A stretch of 59,339 bases of DNA from a virus (Duplodnaviria > Caudoviricetes): positions 1-59,339 of IMG/VR virus record IMGVR_UViG_3300028883_000010. One strand, written 5' to 3'. The notes beneath the pieces were generated by a model that was not told the origin of the DNA, did no database searches, and saw only the letters and a program-made list of their open reading frames with translations. Position numbers and translations under genes: made by a program. This document shows positions 9,526 through 21,500 of the stretch, one piece after another. Within the stretch, counting starts at the first letter, position 1. Each line of letters begins with the position of its first letter.

Positions 9526-12500
9526 ATGGGATACCCGAGCACTGACGACCTTTTCGCACAGGACCTGGAAACCATCAGCTCAGACTTTGCCCGCCTTACC
9601 GGGAAAACAGACAGCTCCCAGGAGGCCCGGCCCGCCGATTTGACGCCGGCCGAGGCCGCTGATCATCAATTTTTTTCCGAGACATCTTCAAAATACCGGC
9701 AGTTGACCGGCCAGGAGGGAGATCCCTTTGTTCCGGATAGCCAGAAATCCCGCGAACAGCTCGCCAAGGAAAATATGGAAACCCGGAGTGAATTCACGCG
9801 GAATTTGCTTTCCGGCATCGATGACACCCAGGGGCTACTTTATGGCGCCGCCGGCCTGGTGGGCAAGGCATTTCATTCTGACACGCTCAGGGACTGGGGC
9901 TTTGAAAATTACAAGCGCAACATAGAGGAGGCGTCCCTCAACCCGTCCACCTTCAACAGCGTTTCAGAAGTTGACTGGACATCTCCCGGGGATGTCGGTA
10001 CCTGGTTTGCCGGTGTCATTGGTAAGCTGACGCCGACCATGGCCGAGATTATGGCCGCGTCCACCATTGGCACGGTAATCGCTCCGGGCGCCGGGACCGT
10101 CACCGGTGCGTTCAGCCGCGGCATCATTAAAAAGGCCATGCGTAACAAGGTGGCCAAGGCCATGGAGTCCAAGGCCGTCCAGGCCGTAGCAGCTAAATCC
10201 GGAGAGGCCGCAGCCAGGAAGGCGGCCGAGCGCCTGGTAGCCAAAGAGGTCGGCGGTAATATCGGGCTGGTTCTGGGGTCCACGGCCCTGGAGGCCGGCG
10301 GCATGTGGGCGGAAGGCGCCGAGGAATTCGGCGTTGAAAACAGCAATGAGTGGACCGCCGCGGCCCTGGGTCTGCTTTCCGGTGCAACTGAGCTGGTGGC
10401 GCCGTCTGGTACGTTTGTCCGGCGCGCCTTGGGGCTCAAGGAGGTTACCCGGGGTATCACCAAAGAGACCGCTAAGAAGTTGGTCCAGCGGGCCGGCAGC
10501 GGACAATTCATCAAGGCGATGATCAAGGCTGTCCCAGGGACCATGGCCAAAGAGGGAACGCAAGAATTTGTTCAGGAATTTATTTCAACCCTGAATATGT
10601 TTGTTCAGGACCCGGAGGAAAAGCTCTTTTCCCCTGAAAACATCCATCGATACATCGATTCAGCGGCCGCCGGCGCCGCGGCCGGTGTCCTTTTTGGTCT
10701 GGGGGAAGGCTACTCCGGTCATAAATCCCGCCTCAATGAGGCCCGCGACATCCTGGCCCGCCGGCAAGCTGCCGCCGACGCAGAGGAAGACGCGGACATC
10801 GCCGCCGCCGAAGCCGCCGAGAATGGGCCGGCCGCCGGCAAGACTGACGACATCAACGCTCCGGCCAATCCCGAGGCCGCAGCGAACGAATTCACCGACG
10901 AGGAACTTGCAGCAGCGGCCGCGGCCCGGGCAGAAGGAAAGACGGCAGACGCCCGGGCCGCCATGGATCAGGCCAATGAGGTCATGCAGGCGAAACAGGC
11001 ACAGCTCGACAACCTGAGTCGGTTTAAAAATCCCTCCAAGAAACAGCAGGCGCTCATCAAAAAGCTGAAAAAAGAGCTGAACGCCAACTATGGCAGCCCG
11101 GATGCCATGATTATCAATTCCGCCGAAGAATCCGCCCGGGCCTATGAGGATCAGCTGTCAGAAAGTCAAAAGGTTGTCACCCGTCAGAAAACCAAAGATG
11201 CCATTGAGGCCATCATGCAGACGACGGGCAAGTCAGCGCAGCAGGCGGCCCAGGACATCAAAAACGGTGCGGAAATTCATTGGAACCGGATGGTCCGGAA
11301 GGGCGCTCCGGATGCCAAAAAGTTTCAGGAGGAACGCCCGGACCTGGTTTCCCTGATTGACGGCTTGAGGAATGCGCCATCCCGAGAGGCAGCCGAGGAG
11401 GCCATCAAGAATCACAAGCTCGACGAAATCCGGGACAACGTCGGCGGCCGGCTTACAGAGGCCAGCAGCGAGGCGTTGACCCAGGTGCGGCAGCAATACG
11501 AGCATGAGGGCCGGTCCGACCTGGTGGCAATGATTGATTCCGAGTTGAGCACCCGGAATATTGCCACGGCCCTTTCACCGAAAAACAATAAAGAACGGTT
11601 TGTCACTCTTGGCGGCGCCATCCGGGCCATGGGCGGCATCAACCCGGCGGGCTTAAAATCGGATTACCTGGCCCAGTACAAAGACGCCGGCAAGGCCAAG
11701 CTATTCAATAAGGGCGGAGTGGAGATCGAAAAAGCGCAGACGGGTCTTGTGCGGGCCGGCTGGATGCTGCCCAGTGAGGACCTGGCCGGCATTCTGACCC
11801 ACAACCCCGATGCACTGAAGCGCGGCAAGCTGGACGCAGAGCCCAAAACCAAAAACCAGAAGGCGGCCGCGGCCGAGATCGATGAGTCAACCAATGTAGA
11901 CGTTGAGGCGCCCCCGGATTACGACAAGGAAGGCGCCTATAAAAAAGAATTGGCTGGAGACCTGGCAGAAGGCACAGAGGCCACCATGGTCATTGATGGC
12001 CAGTGGGACAAATACAAGGTGGTCGAAAATGACCCCCTGGGCGATGGCGTAACCCTCCAGGACGGCAAACAGATTACCATTCCGGCCGGCAAAGAGGTTG
12101 AGATCCTGGTATCCGACATCAAGGGTATCGAGGCCACAGAGAACGAGCGCGACCAGGTTCACGACTATTCTTCCACCCAAGTTGATATACCGGGGCCGGC
12201 TGCCGACGAGATCCGGGAGCTTGGGCAGCTCATTCCGGATGAGGAGCTTTACACAGACCCCAAAGACCCCTCATACGGCCGCGAAGAAAAGCCGCATGTC
12301 ACGGTAAAATATGGCGTGCACTCGGCAGACCCGAAATCGATTGAATCCGCCCTGGCAGGCGTCGGGCCGTTCAAGGTCACCATGGGGAAGGTTTCCATCT
12401 TTGAAAGCGATGATTACGACGTCGTCAAAGTCGACGTTGAGAGCCCGGAACTGCGCGCCTTGAACAAAAAAATTGCCGAGAGCACCAGCGTTACCGATAC

Positions 12501-15500
12501 GTTTCCGGATTACCACCCGCATGCCACCATTGCCTATGTAAAAAAAGGCGAAGGTCAAAAGTACGTCGGTGAAAACAGCCTCGAAGGCAAAGAAATCACC
12601 ATGAACGCCCTGACCTTTTCCGGCAAGGACGGGAAAGAGTCGGTTTTCGATTTGACAGAGCGCCGGCGGGCAGCCGGAAAGCCGAAGGCTGGCGAACAAC
12701 GCTCCGGCAATGACCGGCGCCAGGATACCGAGTATCGCAAACGCATTGATGAGATGACCCACGATGAGGCCATTGCCGAGCTGAAAAAGGATTCCACCGG
12801 CCTGACGAACCTGTTGTCAAAGCGGGCCTATGAGGAAGATCAAAATAAAAAACCGATCCAAGTAATGTTTGACATGGACGGGCTCGGCTATATAAACGAT
12901 CATGTAGAGGGTGGGCATTCACTCGGAGACAAGGCCATTTCCCTGTTTGGAAGAGCCATTGAAAAAAGCTCACTGGGCAAGGACGGGGTTCATTTTTCCG
13001 GAGATGAGTTCGGCACCCAGGCCGTGAGCTTGGATGAGGTTGAAACGGCCAAGGCCGAAATACGGGCATTCCTGGAGGCCCGCCCGCTTGAAATCATCAT
13101 CGATGACGTAAAATACCATCACGTTTTACAATTCAGCACCGGGACAGGAGACACACTCAAAAATGCGGATAAAAACCTTATCGCCCGAAAAGGCGAAAAA
13201 GAACGAGAAGGCACCCGACCGGCCAAAGGTTCTGGACTCGCGGCAATTACGCGAATTGATAGAGGCCGGGGGGAAGGTGACGTCAGTCAAACTGGAGGGA
13301 GTGGAACTCCTGGAGAAACCGCCGAAGCAGAGCCCGGAAAAGAAGGAGTAGCGCCCGAACCGCCGGCGCCGGCAGATCCCCGGGAAAAATTTACCCAGGA
13401 CATTGAACGGACGGGCTTTGCGATTGACCCGAAGGGCCGGTCCTATAAAATTATGCAATCGGACGCCGGCGGATTCTATGTCCGGATAACGGAAGATGGT
13501 TTCCGCACCGACCTTGGCGGCGATCCCCGGGGTGGCGGCTGGACACTGGGAGAGGCCCAGGCCAAAGCCATTGACCGGGCTTTCCCCGCAAAACCCGCGA
13601 AACCCACCAAAAAAGAAAAGGCCCTGGCAGACTATAAGGCCTACGTCGATAGCCTCACCGATGAGCAGCGCGAGGCCGTCAAGGACCATACCCCAGAAGA
13701 ACCAGCATCGCCCGCCAGTCAGATTTTAAAAATAAAAAAGATGCTGGCAAATCTCAAGGCGCCCGAAAACGTTGAAAGCGCATGGGATAGCCAGACGCCA
13801 GAGTCCCGCGGAATGATTGCTGAAATGTTGGGTATGGTGGCGGCCGGGAGCCCCAGTTCACATTATACAGAAATTGCGTTCAAAAACCTGTCAGACATTG
13901 ACAAGGAGGTTATCACCAAGGCGAAAGACCAGTGGGAGGGCCGCACGTTCTCCAGAATCGCCATCGGTGACAATGTCCAACCGCGCAAGGGCAGCGAGGT
14001 CCCAAAGAGCATGGCCGGGGCCGTCACCCATATCAAGCGGGACTACAAAACCGGGCAGGAAAAAATAAAAACCGAAAATTCTGGGAACCTTTATTTTCAC
14101 AACTACGATCTTGAAAAGGTGAAACGGAAAAAGACGCCGGCTGAGATCGAGGCCGAGCTTGACGACTTTTTCAAAGACGAGCGGGTGCCCGTCGGGTCCG
14201 TCCGGAAAGCATGGGACCGCCTGCCGTATGACGCCCGGCTCAAGGCCATGGAGGCCATTAACGCCCCGTCTGGTATCCATGAATATGTTGCCAGCCGCGA
14301 ATGGGCGGACATCGGCCCGGAGACTCAACGGCGCCTTGCCCGGGACCGTGACAAGTGGATGCCGACCCAGGAGCCGGCCGGCATCAGCATCGATGACGAA
14401 AACGCCGAAAAGGTCGGCAAAGATTGGGATAAGGAACTGACAAAATATGGCCGCCGGCAGGTGGCCTTAAAAATGGGATGGAACAGCTCATCCGCTGAAA
14501 GGATTGCCAAGACCCTATGGCAGCATCTGACAGACGCCGCCAAAAAAGTTTTGATCCGCAGCCATGAAAAATGGGCACCCACCGTAAAGGATAAGACCCC
14601 GGACCATGGGAAACCCGGGGCCAGCGAAAAGCTCTCTTTCTTTATCGGCAAACAGATCGCCGAGGGGAAAACAACATCCTGGCAGGCGCTGTTTAAAGAA
14701 GCCGACAAGGCTTTCGGAGGCACTCAGGCCGCGGGGGCCTATACTCCCAAAGACGCCTATGACGCAATGGAACTGGCCGTCAACCGGTTTATCTCGAAAC
14801 GGCCGAACCTTTATTCGCCGGACACGATATTTGAAGTTGTCGACGCCCAGAAGACCATCACCCGGCTGCAAAACCTGATTTCCCTCCTGCCCACCCAGAC
14901 CAAACGCACCCGGGAAATGGATCAGTTCCAACAATTTTCTACGCCCCCGGGCCTGGCCTATGCTGCAGCATGGGCAGCCCGACCGACAGCAAAAGATACC
15001 GTCATGGAGCCGAGCGCCGGAGTCGGCGGCCTGGCCGTGTTCGGTAAAACTGCCGGTGCCAAAACGATTGTCAATGAACTGAGCCCCAGGCGGGCCGAGC
15101 TGCTCAAGCTGATGGGCTTTGACCGGGTGTTCACCGAGAACGGTGAGCAGCTCAACAACATTTTGCCGGCCGATGTCAAGCCGACCGTCGTCTTAATGAA
15201 TCCGCCGTTTTCCGCCACGGCCGGCCGTACCCAGAAAAACAACACCATGAACGGTGCCCGGCACATTGAGCAGGCCCTGGCCCGGCTGGCGCCTGGTGGC
15301 CGCCTGGTGGCCATTGTTGGCCGCGGCATGGCCGATGACCGGCCGTCCTTTAAAAAATGGTGGACCCGGATGAAAGCGAAATACAATGTCCGGGCAAATA
15401 TAGGGATTTCCGGAAAGGAATACGCAAAATATGGGACCACCTTTGATAATCAAATCTTAGTTATTGACAAAGACGGCCCCACCAATGGTAACATTGTAAC

Positions 15501-18500
15501 CGGGTTTGTGGAGAAATTCAAAGACTTACCCGCCAAACTATGGGAGGTCCGAAATGACAGACCTGCAATCGATCAGGAAGGCCAATCTTCATCCCCTCAA
15601 TCAGAAGATACTGACGTTACTACGCAAGGAGGGAATCCCCCCGCGGACGGATCGGGTCCAGGTCCTGAATCTGCTGGATTGGGCACTGGAAAAGGGCCTG
15701 ATAACGGAGGAAGAACCGGAGGTCTGGAGTCTGGCAACGAGTCTGCCAATAATGAATCTGGATCCAGCGGAACTGATGGAACGGTTAAATCCGGAAGAAA
15801 CGATGACAGCTCAAAGCATCGGCCGGATAAAGACCGCGGAGGAAATGGCCGAGGAGATAGCGTATCTCCTGGAATTAATGACAAAGAATTAAGCCTTGAC
15901 GAGCTTTCCGACCTGTTCGACGAAGTCGCCGCAGAGGAAGGCCTGATTGAAAAGCCGACCGAGGCCCCGGCGCCGCCGACCAGCAAAGGCAAACCCACCC
16001 TGAAAGGCGCCGCAACGCACGCCGGCAAAGGTGCCAAGAAAGGCCTTGAGGCCGTCGCCGACATCCTGAAAGGCCTGAACCAGACCGGCGCCATTGGCGA
16101 TAACCTGCCCCCTTTAATCCATCCCGAGGCCTACGCCCAGGCCAAAGAGCATCTTGCAGAGAGCTACAATGAATTTGTTGCCGCCGGCAACGAAATCAAG
16201 GAATGGATCCGTTATGCGCTCAAACGCCTTACGGAACTGGGCGCCCCTGTTGGTATGTCCAAAAACTGGATACTGAATTTTTATGCCAAGGACCGCCCGG
16301 CCCCGCCAGAAAAGCCCGCCGAAACCGGAGTTGAAAACGTCGAAAACAAAGCCGAGGGTAAACTGACAGATTCCTTGTATGAGGTTTACAGACCCCGGGC
16401 GGCCATCGCCGGCAGCCGGCAGCATCCGACGCCGCTGGTTGAAAGCGCGGCCATGGCTGCCACCCAGGCGCCGCCCATCAATTACAAGCTGAGTATTTCC
16501 AAGGTTGCGATCGAAGGCGATCCGGCGGACCCCTCCAAAGGCATAAGTGATATTCAGCTGGAAGCTATCGCTTACGCCGGCGCTGCCCATGAAAAAATCC
16601 TGCCGAGCGGTGAACGCAAAGGCTTTTTCATTGGCGACGGTACCGGGGTAGGCAAGGGCCGGCAGATTTCCGGCATCATCTGGGACAACTGGAACAAGGG
16701 CCGCAAAAAGGCGGTTTGGATTTCAGAAAAATGGAGTCTGCTGAAAGACGCCAACCGGGATCTGACAAACGTCGGATGGAAAGAAGGCCCGGACCTTTTA
16801 TTCAGTCAAAAAGATACTGATGTGGGCAACGCCATTAAAAAGAAAGAGGGTATTCTCTTTACGGCCTATTCGACCGCGAGGGGTGGGTTTGACAGAATCC
16901 GAGATGACATAAGCGAACACGATACAATCGCCGCCCGGCGCCAGGACAATGATATGTCCATCCGGATCAACCAGATTATCAAATGGTGCGGCAAAGACTT
17001 TGACGGGGTCATCGCCTTTGATGAATCCCATAATATGGCCAATGCCGCACCGACCAAGGGAACCCGCGGGACTAAGGCGGCATCAAAGCAGGCGCTCGCT
17101 GGTATCTACCTGCAAAAGAAGCTGCCCAAGGCTCGTGTTGTATATGTGTCGGCTACTGGCGCCACTGAGGTTGAAAACCTGGTTTATGCCCGGCGCCTTG
17201 GCCTTTGGGGTGCCGAGACCCCCTTCAGAAGCGCCAGGGATTTTGTTTCCAAGATTGCCGCCGGCGGGGTGGCAGCCATGGAAATGGTGGCCGGCAATAT
17301 GAAATCTCTCGGGCTCTACCTGGCTCGGTCCCTGACGTATGACGGGGTCAAGTATGACCGCATGACACACAAGCTCAGCGACGCCCAGGCCAAAAAATAT
17401 AATGAGCTGGCCCAGGCCTGGCAGATTGTTTTGCAAAACATCAACGAAGCCGTTGAGCTGACTGGATGCAGCAAGGGGCAAGCTGCCATGTCGCAATTTT
17501 GGGGCGCCCACCTGCGGTTTTTCAACCAGATCATCACAACCATGGAAATGCCGTCAGTTATCAAGGCGGTTAAAAAAGACCTGGCCGAGGGCCGCACGGC
17601 TGTTTTACAGCTGATCGACACCAATGAGGCCGCACAAAACAGGGCATTAGCGAGTCTGCAGCAAGGGCAAGAGCTTGAAGACCTGGACATTACCCCGCGG
17701 AATGACCTGATTGCCTATCTCGAAAACGGTTTCCCGGTCCAGGAATATGAAACCGTTACCGATGAACACGGCCACGAGGTAAAACAGCCGGTTGTCGATT
17801 CCGAGGGGAAACCGGTTTTGAATGCCGAAGCTGTTCAGATGCGGGATGATTTGATTCTCAGAATCATGTCCATCAAAATGCCGAACGGCCCGCTTGATTA
17901 CCTGCTGAATGAAATCGGCCACGAGAATGTGGCCGAGGTTACCGGGCGCAGCCGGCGCCTTGAGCCGGACCCGGAAACCGGCCGGTTGAAAATTGTCCGA
18001 AGGACCCCAAAACATTCAGAGGCAGAAACAGAGGAATTCGACGCCGGAAAGCGCCGGGTGCTGATTTTTTCCGAGGCTGGCGCCACTGGCCGCAGCTATC
18101 ACGCCGACCGGACCATTGAAAATCAGGAGTTGCGCCGGCACTATCTGGTTCAACCCGGCTGGCGGGCGGACAAGGCTGTCCAGGGACTCGGCCGGACGCA
18201 CCGTTCCAACCAGGCGCAGCCGCCCGAATTTACCTTATGCACTACCGACCTGAAAGCACAGGCCCGCTTTCTGTCATCGATCGCCCGGCGCCTTGATCAA
18301 CTTGGCGCGCTGACAAGGGGCCAGCGGCAGACCGGCAGCCAGGGCATATTCCAGGCCCGGGACAACCTTGAAAATGCATATGCCCGCGATGCTCTCAAAA
18401 CCCTTTTAGAGGATATTCATGCCGGGGATGTCCCGGGGATCACGGTTGACGACGTCCGCGAACAAATGGGGATTGACCTGGAAGCCGGAGACACGCTTCC

Positions 18501-21500
18501 CGACGTGGCGACCACTCAGTTTTTAAACCGCATGCTTTCCATGACGATCGACATGCAAAACTTGACGTTTGACGCCTTCACCAGCCGTATGGACCGAATC
18601 ATTCAGGCCCATTCCGACGCCGGCACGCTTGACGTCGGTATCGAAACAATCACCGGTACGAGCGTCCGGCAGATCGATAGCCAGGTTATCCGAACCGATG
18701 AAACCGGCGCCGAGACCAAATATGTTCAGCTTGACGTTGACAACCCGGCTGCCATCAATGACTTTGATTCCATAGCTGAAATGTTCGCCGGGCGCGGCGG
18801 GTTTGTCAGAAACCTGAAATCCGGGAAGGTTTGGCGGACGTCTCCTGAACGAGACCGCACCACCAGCACCGGCGAAGTGGTCGGCTATCGAATGCTAATT
18901 TCACCTGGCAACACTCATCAGCGAATTGATGTTAACAAGCTAACGCCGGATAAATATGAACCTTTGTCAAAGGTCGAGGCACAGGCTTACTGGGAGGCCG
19001 AATATGAGGCCCTCCCGAAGGTCACGACCGACAAATATCACATCATCACTGGCGCAATCCTGCCTATCTGGGACCGTCTGGGCGGCAAGGCCACGATTTA
19101 CCGATTCCAGACGGACGATGGCAGCCGCTTTCTTGGACGCGCGATTCCGCAAGCCCAGTTGCAAGCCACCATGAGGAGCCTTGACATCGAGGCCGGCAAG
19201 GTGAAATATACCGGCAAACAAGTTGTTGACGCTGCATTGACCCAGGGTACCAAGTTTTCTTTGGAACACAGGTGGTTTATTGAGCCGGTCATGGTTTCCG
19301 GTGACCAGCGCATTGAATTGAAAGGCCCTGATTATGATGACCTGGACTGGATGGACCGCCTTGGTATCATTAACGAGCGGATCGGCTGGCAAGCCCGATA
19401 CTTTGTGCCGACCGACAAGCGTGCAGCCGGCATCATAGATGATGTCATCAATCGCCATCCGGTCATTGCCATTGAAAGCGGCAAGCGGGGCGGCGCCAAT
19501 ATGCGCCTGGATTCGGATACGACTTTTTCCAGGCCGAGCCCGTCGGAGACCGACACCACAAACAAAAGGATAGATGAATATGGCGGGAGGCCGATTTCAA
19601 AAGAAACAAGCCCGTCGCAGCCGGGCAAAGTCACTGAGAATTCAAAAAAGCTCCATGAGACCATCGCCAAGCTGTTTGATCATCTGCCGAAAAACACCTT
19701 CACAGAAGTTGCCGCCGATGACGTCGGCGACCCCTCTACTTCATTTGCTCGAAGACTTGCCGACATCTACGGCAAAAAAATAAGCTTTTTCCATAACGCC
19801 CACCCGGAAACATTCCGCTTTGACGGGGTCTCAACCGGTCCACTCAAAGGGACCGTTTTTGTCAACGCGGATTCCAAAAAGCCTCATCTGGTTATCGCCG
19901 GCCATGAATTTGTGCATGAAATGCGCCGGGATCAGCCGGAGCTGTATCGAGAATTTGCCCGGACCATGGAGGGCATGCTCAAAAACTTCACCGATTTCAA
20001 AGCCTATTTTGACAGCCTCACAACCCGGGACGGCACCGGCAAGCTTTCAGACGACCGGATTTTCGAGGAGCTGCTCGCTGACTTTGTCGGTGAACAGATG
20101 ATGACTAAAAAATTTTGGCGAGATTTCAGCCAGGGGAAACCGTCCCTGTTTGAAAAAATCGCCACCATGTTCATGAATTTCCTGGATAAGGTCCTATCCC
20201 AAATAAAGGTAAGCAAGGGGTCTGAGCAATATTTCAACGACCTGGAGCGGGCCAGAAAGGCCGCTGCCGGCGCCATGTCCGAATATGCCACCCGGCAGGC
20301 CGCCGGCCAGGGCCGGAACAAGACGGCGCTTTCGAACGAAATTGCCGACGTGTGGCATTCGCAAATGGAGGGGGCCCTAGCGCAGAAGCTGCCCGGCAAA
20401 GGCTCGCCGGCACAATTCAAACAGATGATCCAGGCATGGGCCAAAAAGGGCCAGATCAAAGCCGAGGAGCTTGAATGGTCCGGGCTTCTGGACTGGCTGG
20501 ATAATGGCCTCTACGAGAAGCGGCTTGACGATTTAACCGGGGAATTGACAGTCCGGCAGTTTAACGAAAAAGGTGATAATCATTGGCAGGCCCAGGCCAA
20601 GAAGGCTGCCCAGAAAGTAAGCAAGACCGAGGTCATGGACTTTTTGAAATCCAACCGGCTGCAGGTGAAAGAGATCAACCGCGGCGGCCCCGATCCATAT
20701 ACAAGGACGGCCCAGGATTGGCGCCGATACCTGGTCGATGAAATGTATGTGCGCGAAGCCGAAGCCGAAGACATGACCGACCAAGAAATTTATGGTTTCG
20801 TTGGCGAGGAAATCAGCGCCGGAACAATCCACAATACCCGATATGAAAACTATCAAGAGCCCGGCGGGAGAAATTATCGTGAGCTGTTGATCACCTTGCC
20901 GCCCAAAACCCCGGCCGCTGTTACGGCATATCATAAGGCCTTGCAGGATATGGCCAAGAAATACGGTGCCGATTATTTGGAGCTGGCGAGTTTCGGCCAC
21001 GCGCGCGAAAACTTGTTTAAACGGATGCCGACGCTGGAGGTTGCAGATTTTCGTGAAATAGAAGCCGCCTATTTAAAAGCCCGCAACGAATTTGAAGGGG
21101 ACAACTATCAATCTGGGCATTGGTCCGAAAAGAATGTTCTATCCCACGTCAGATTCAACGAAAGAACCGACGCGGACGGGGCGCGGGTGCTGTTTCTTGA
21201 AGAAATTCAATCGGATTGGCATCAGGCGGGGCGGAAGGAAGGGTATGCCAAGGACATAACAGGGTGGAGTGCCGTTCGTACGGGCCGGAAAAATGAAAGG
21301 GGTCGTGCGGAGTGGACCGTCAAAAATCCGGATGGAGATGTCCAAGGCACTGTTTTTGCTATTCGCGAACAAGGCGCGATTAGGAGAGTGGCAAAAGCCC
21401 CGGTTAACGCTCCCCCAGACGCCCCCTGGAAAAAGACCTGGCCGATAAAAACCTTTCAGCGCATGGTGCGGTACGCGGCGGAGAACGGGTTTGATAAAAT

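Noticed and set aside
19574-19783. Third nested +1 ORF in the giant gene
   Set aside because: An AAAGGA lies upstream, but the product is R/S/P-rich and typical of a shadow frame
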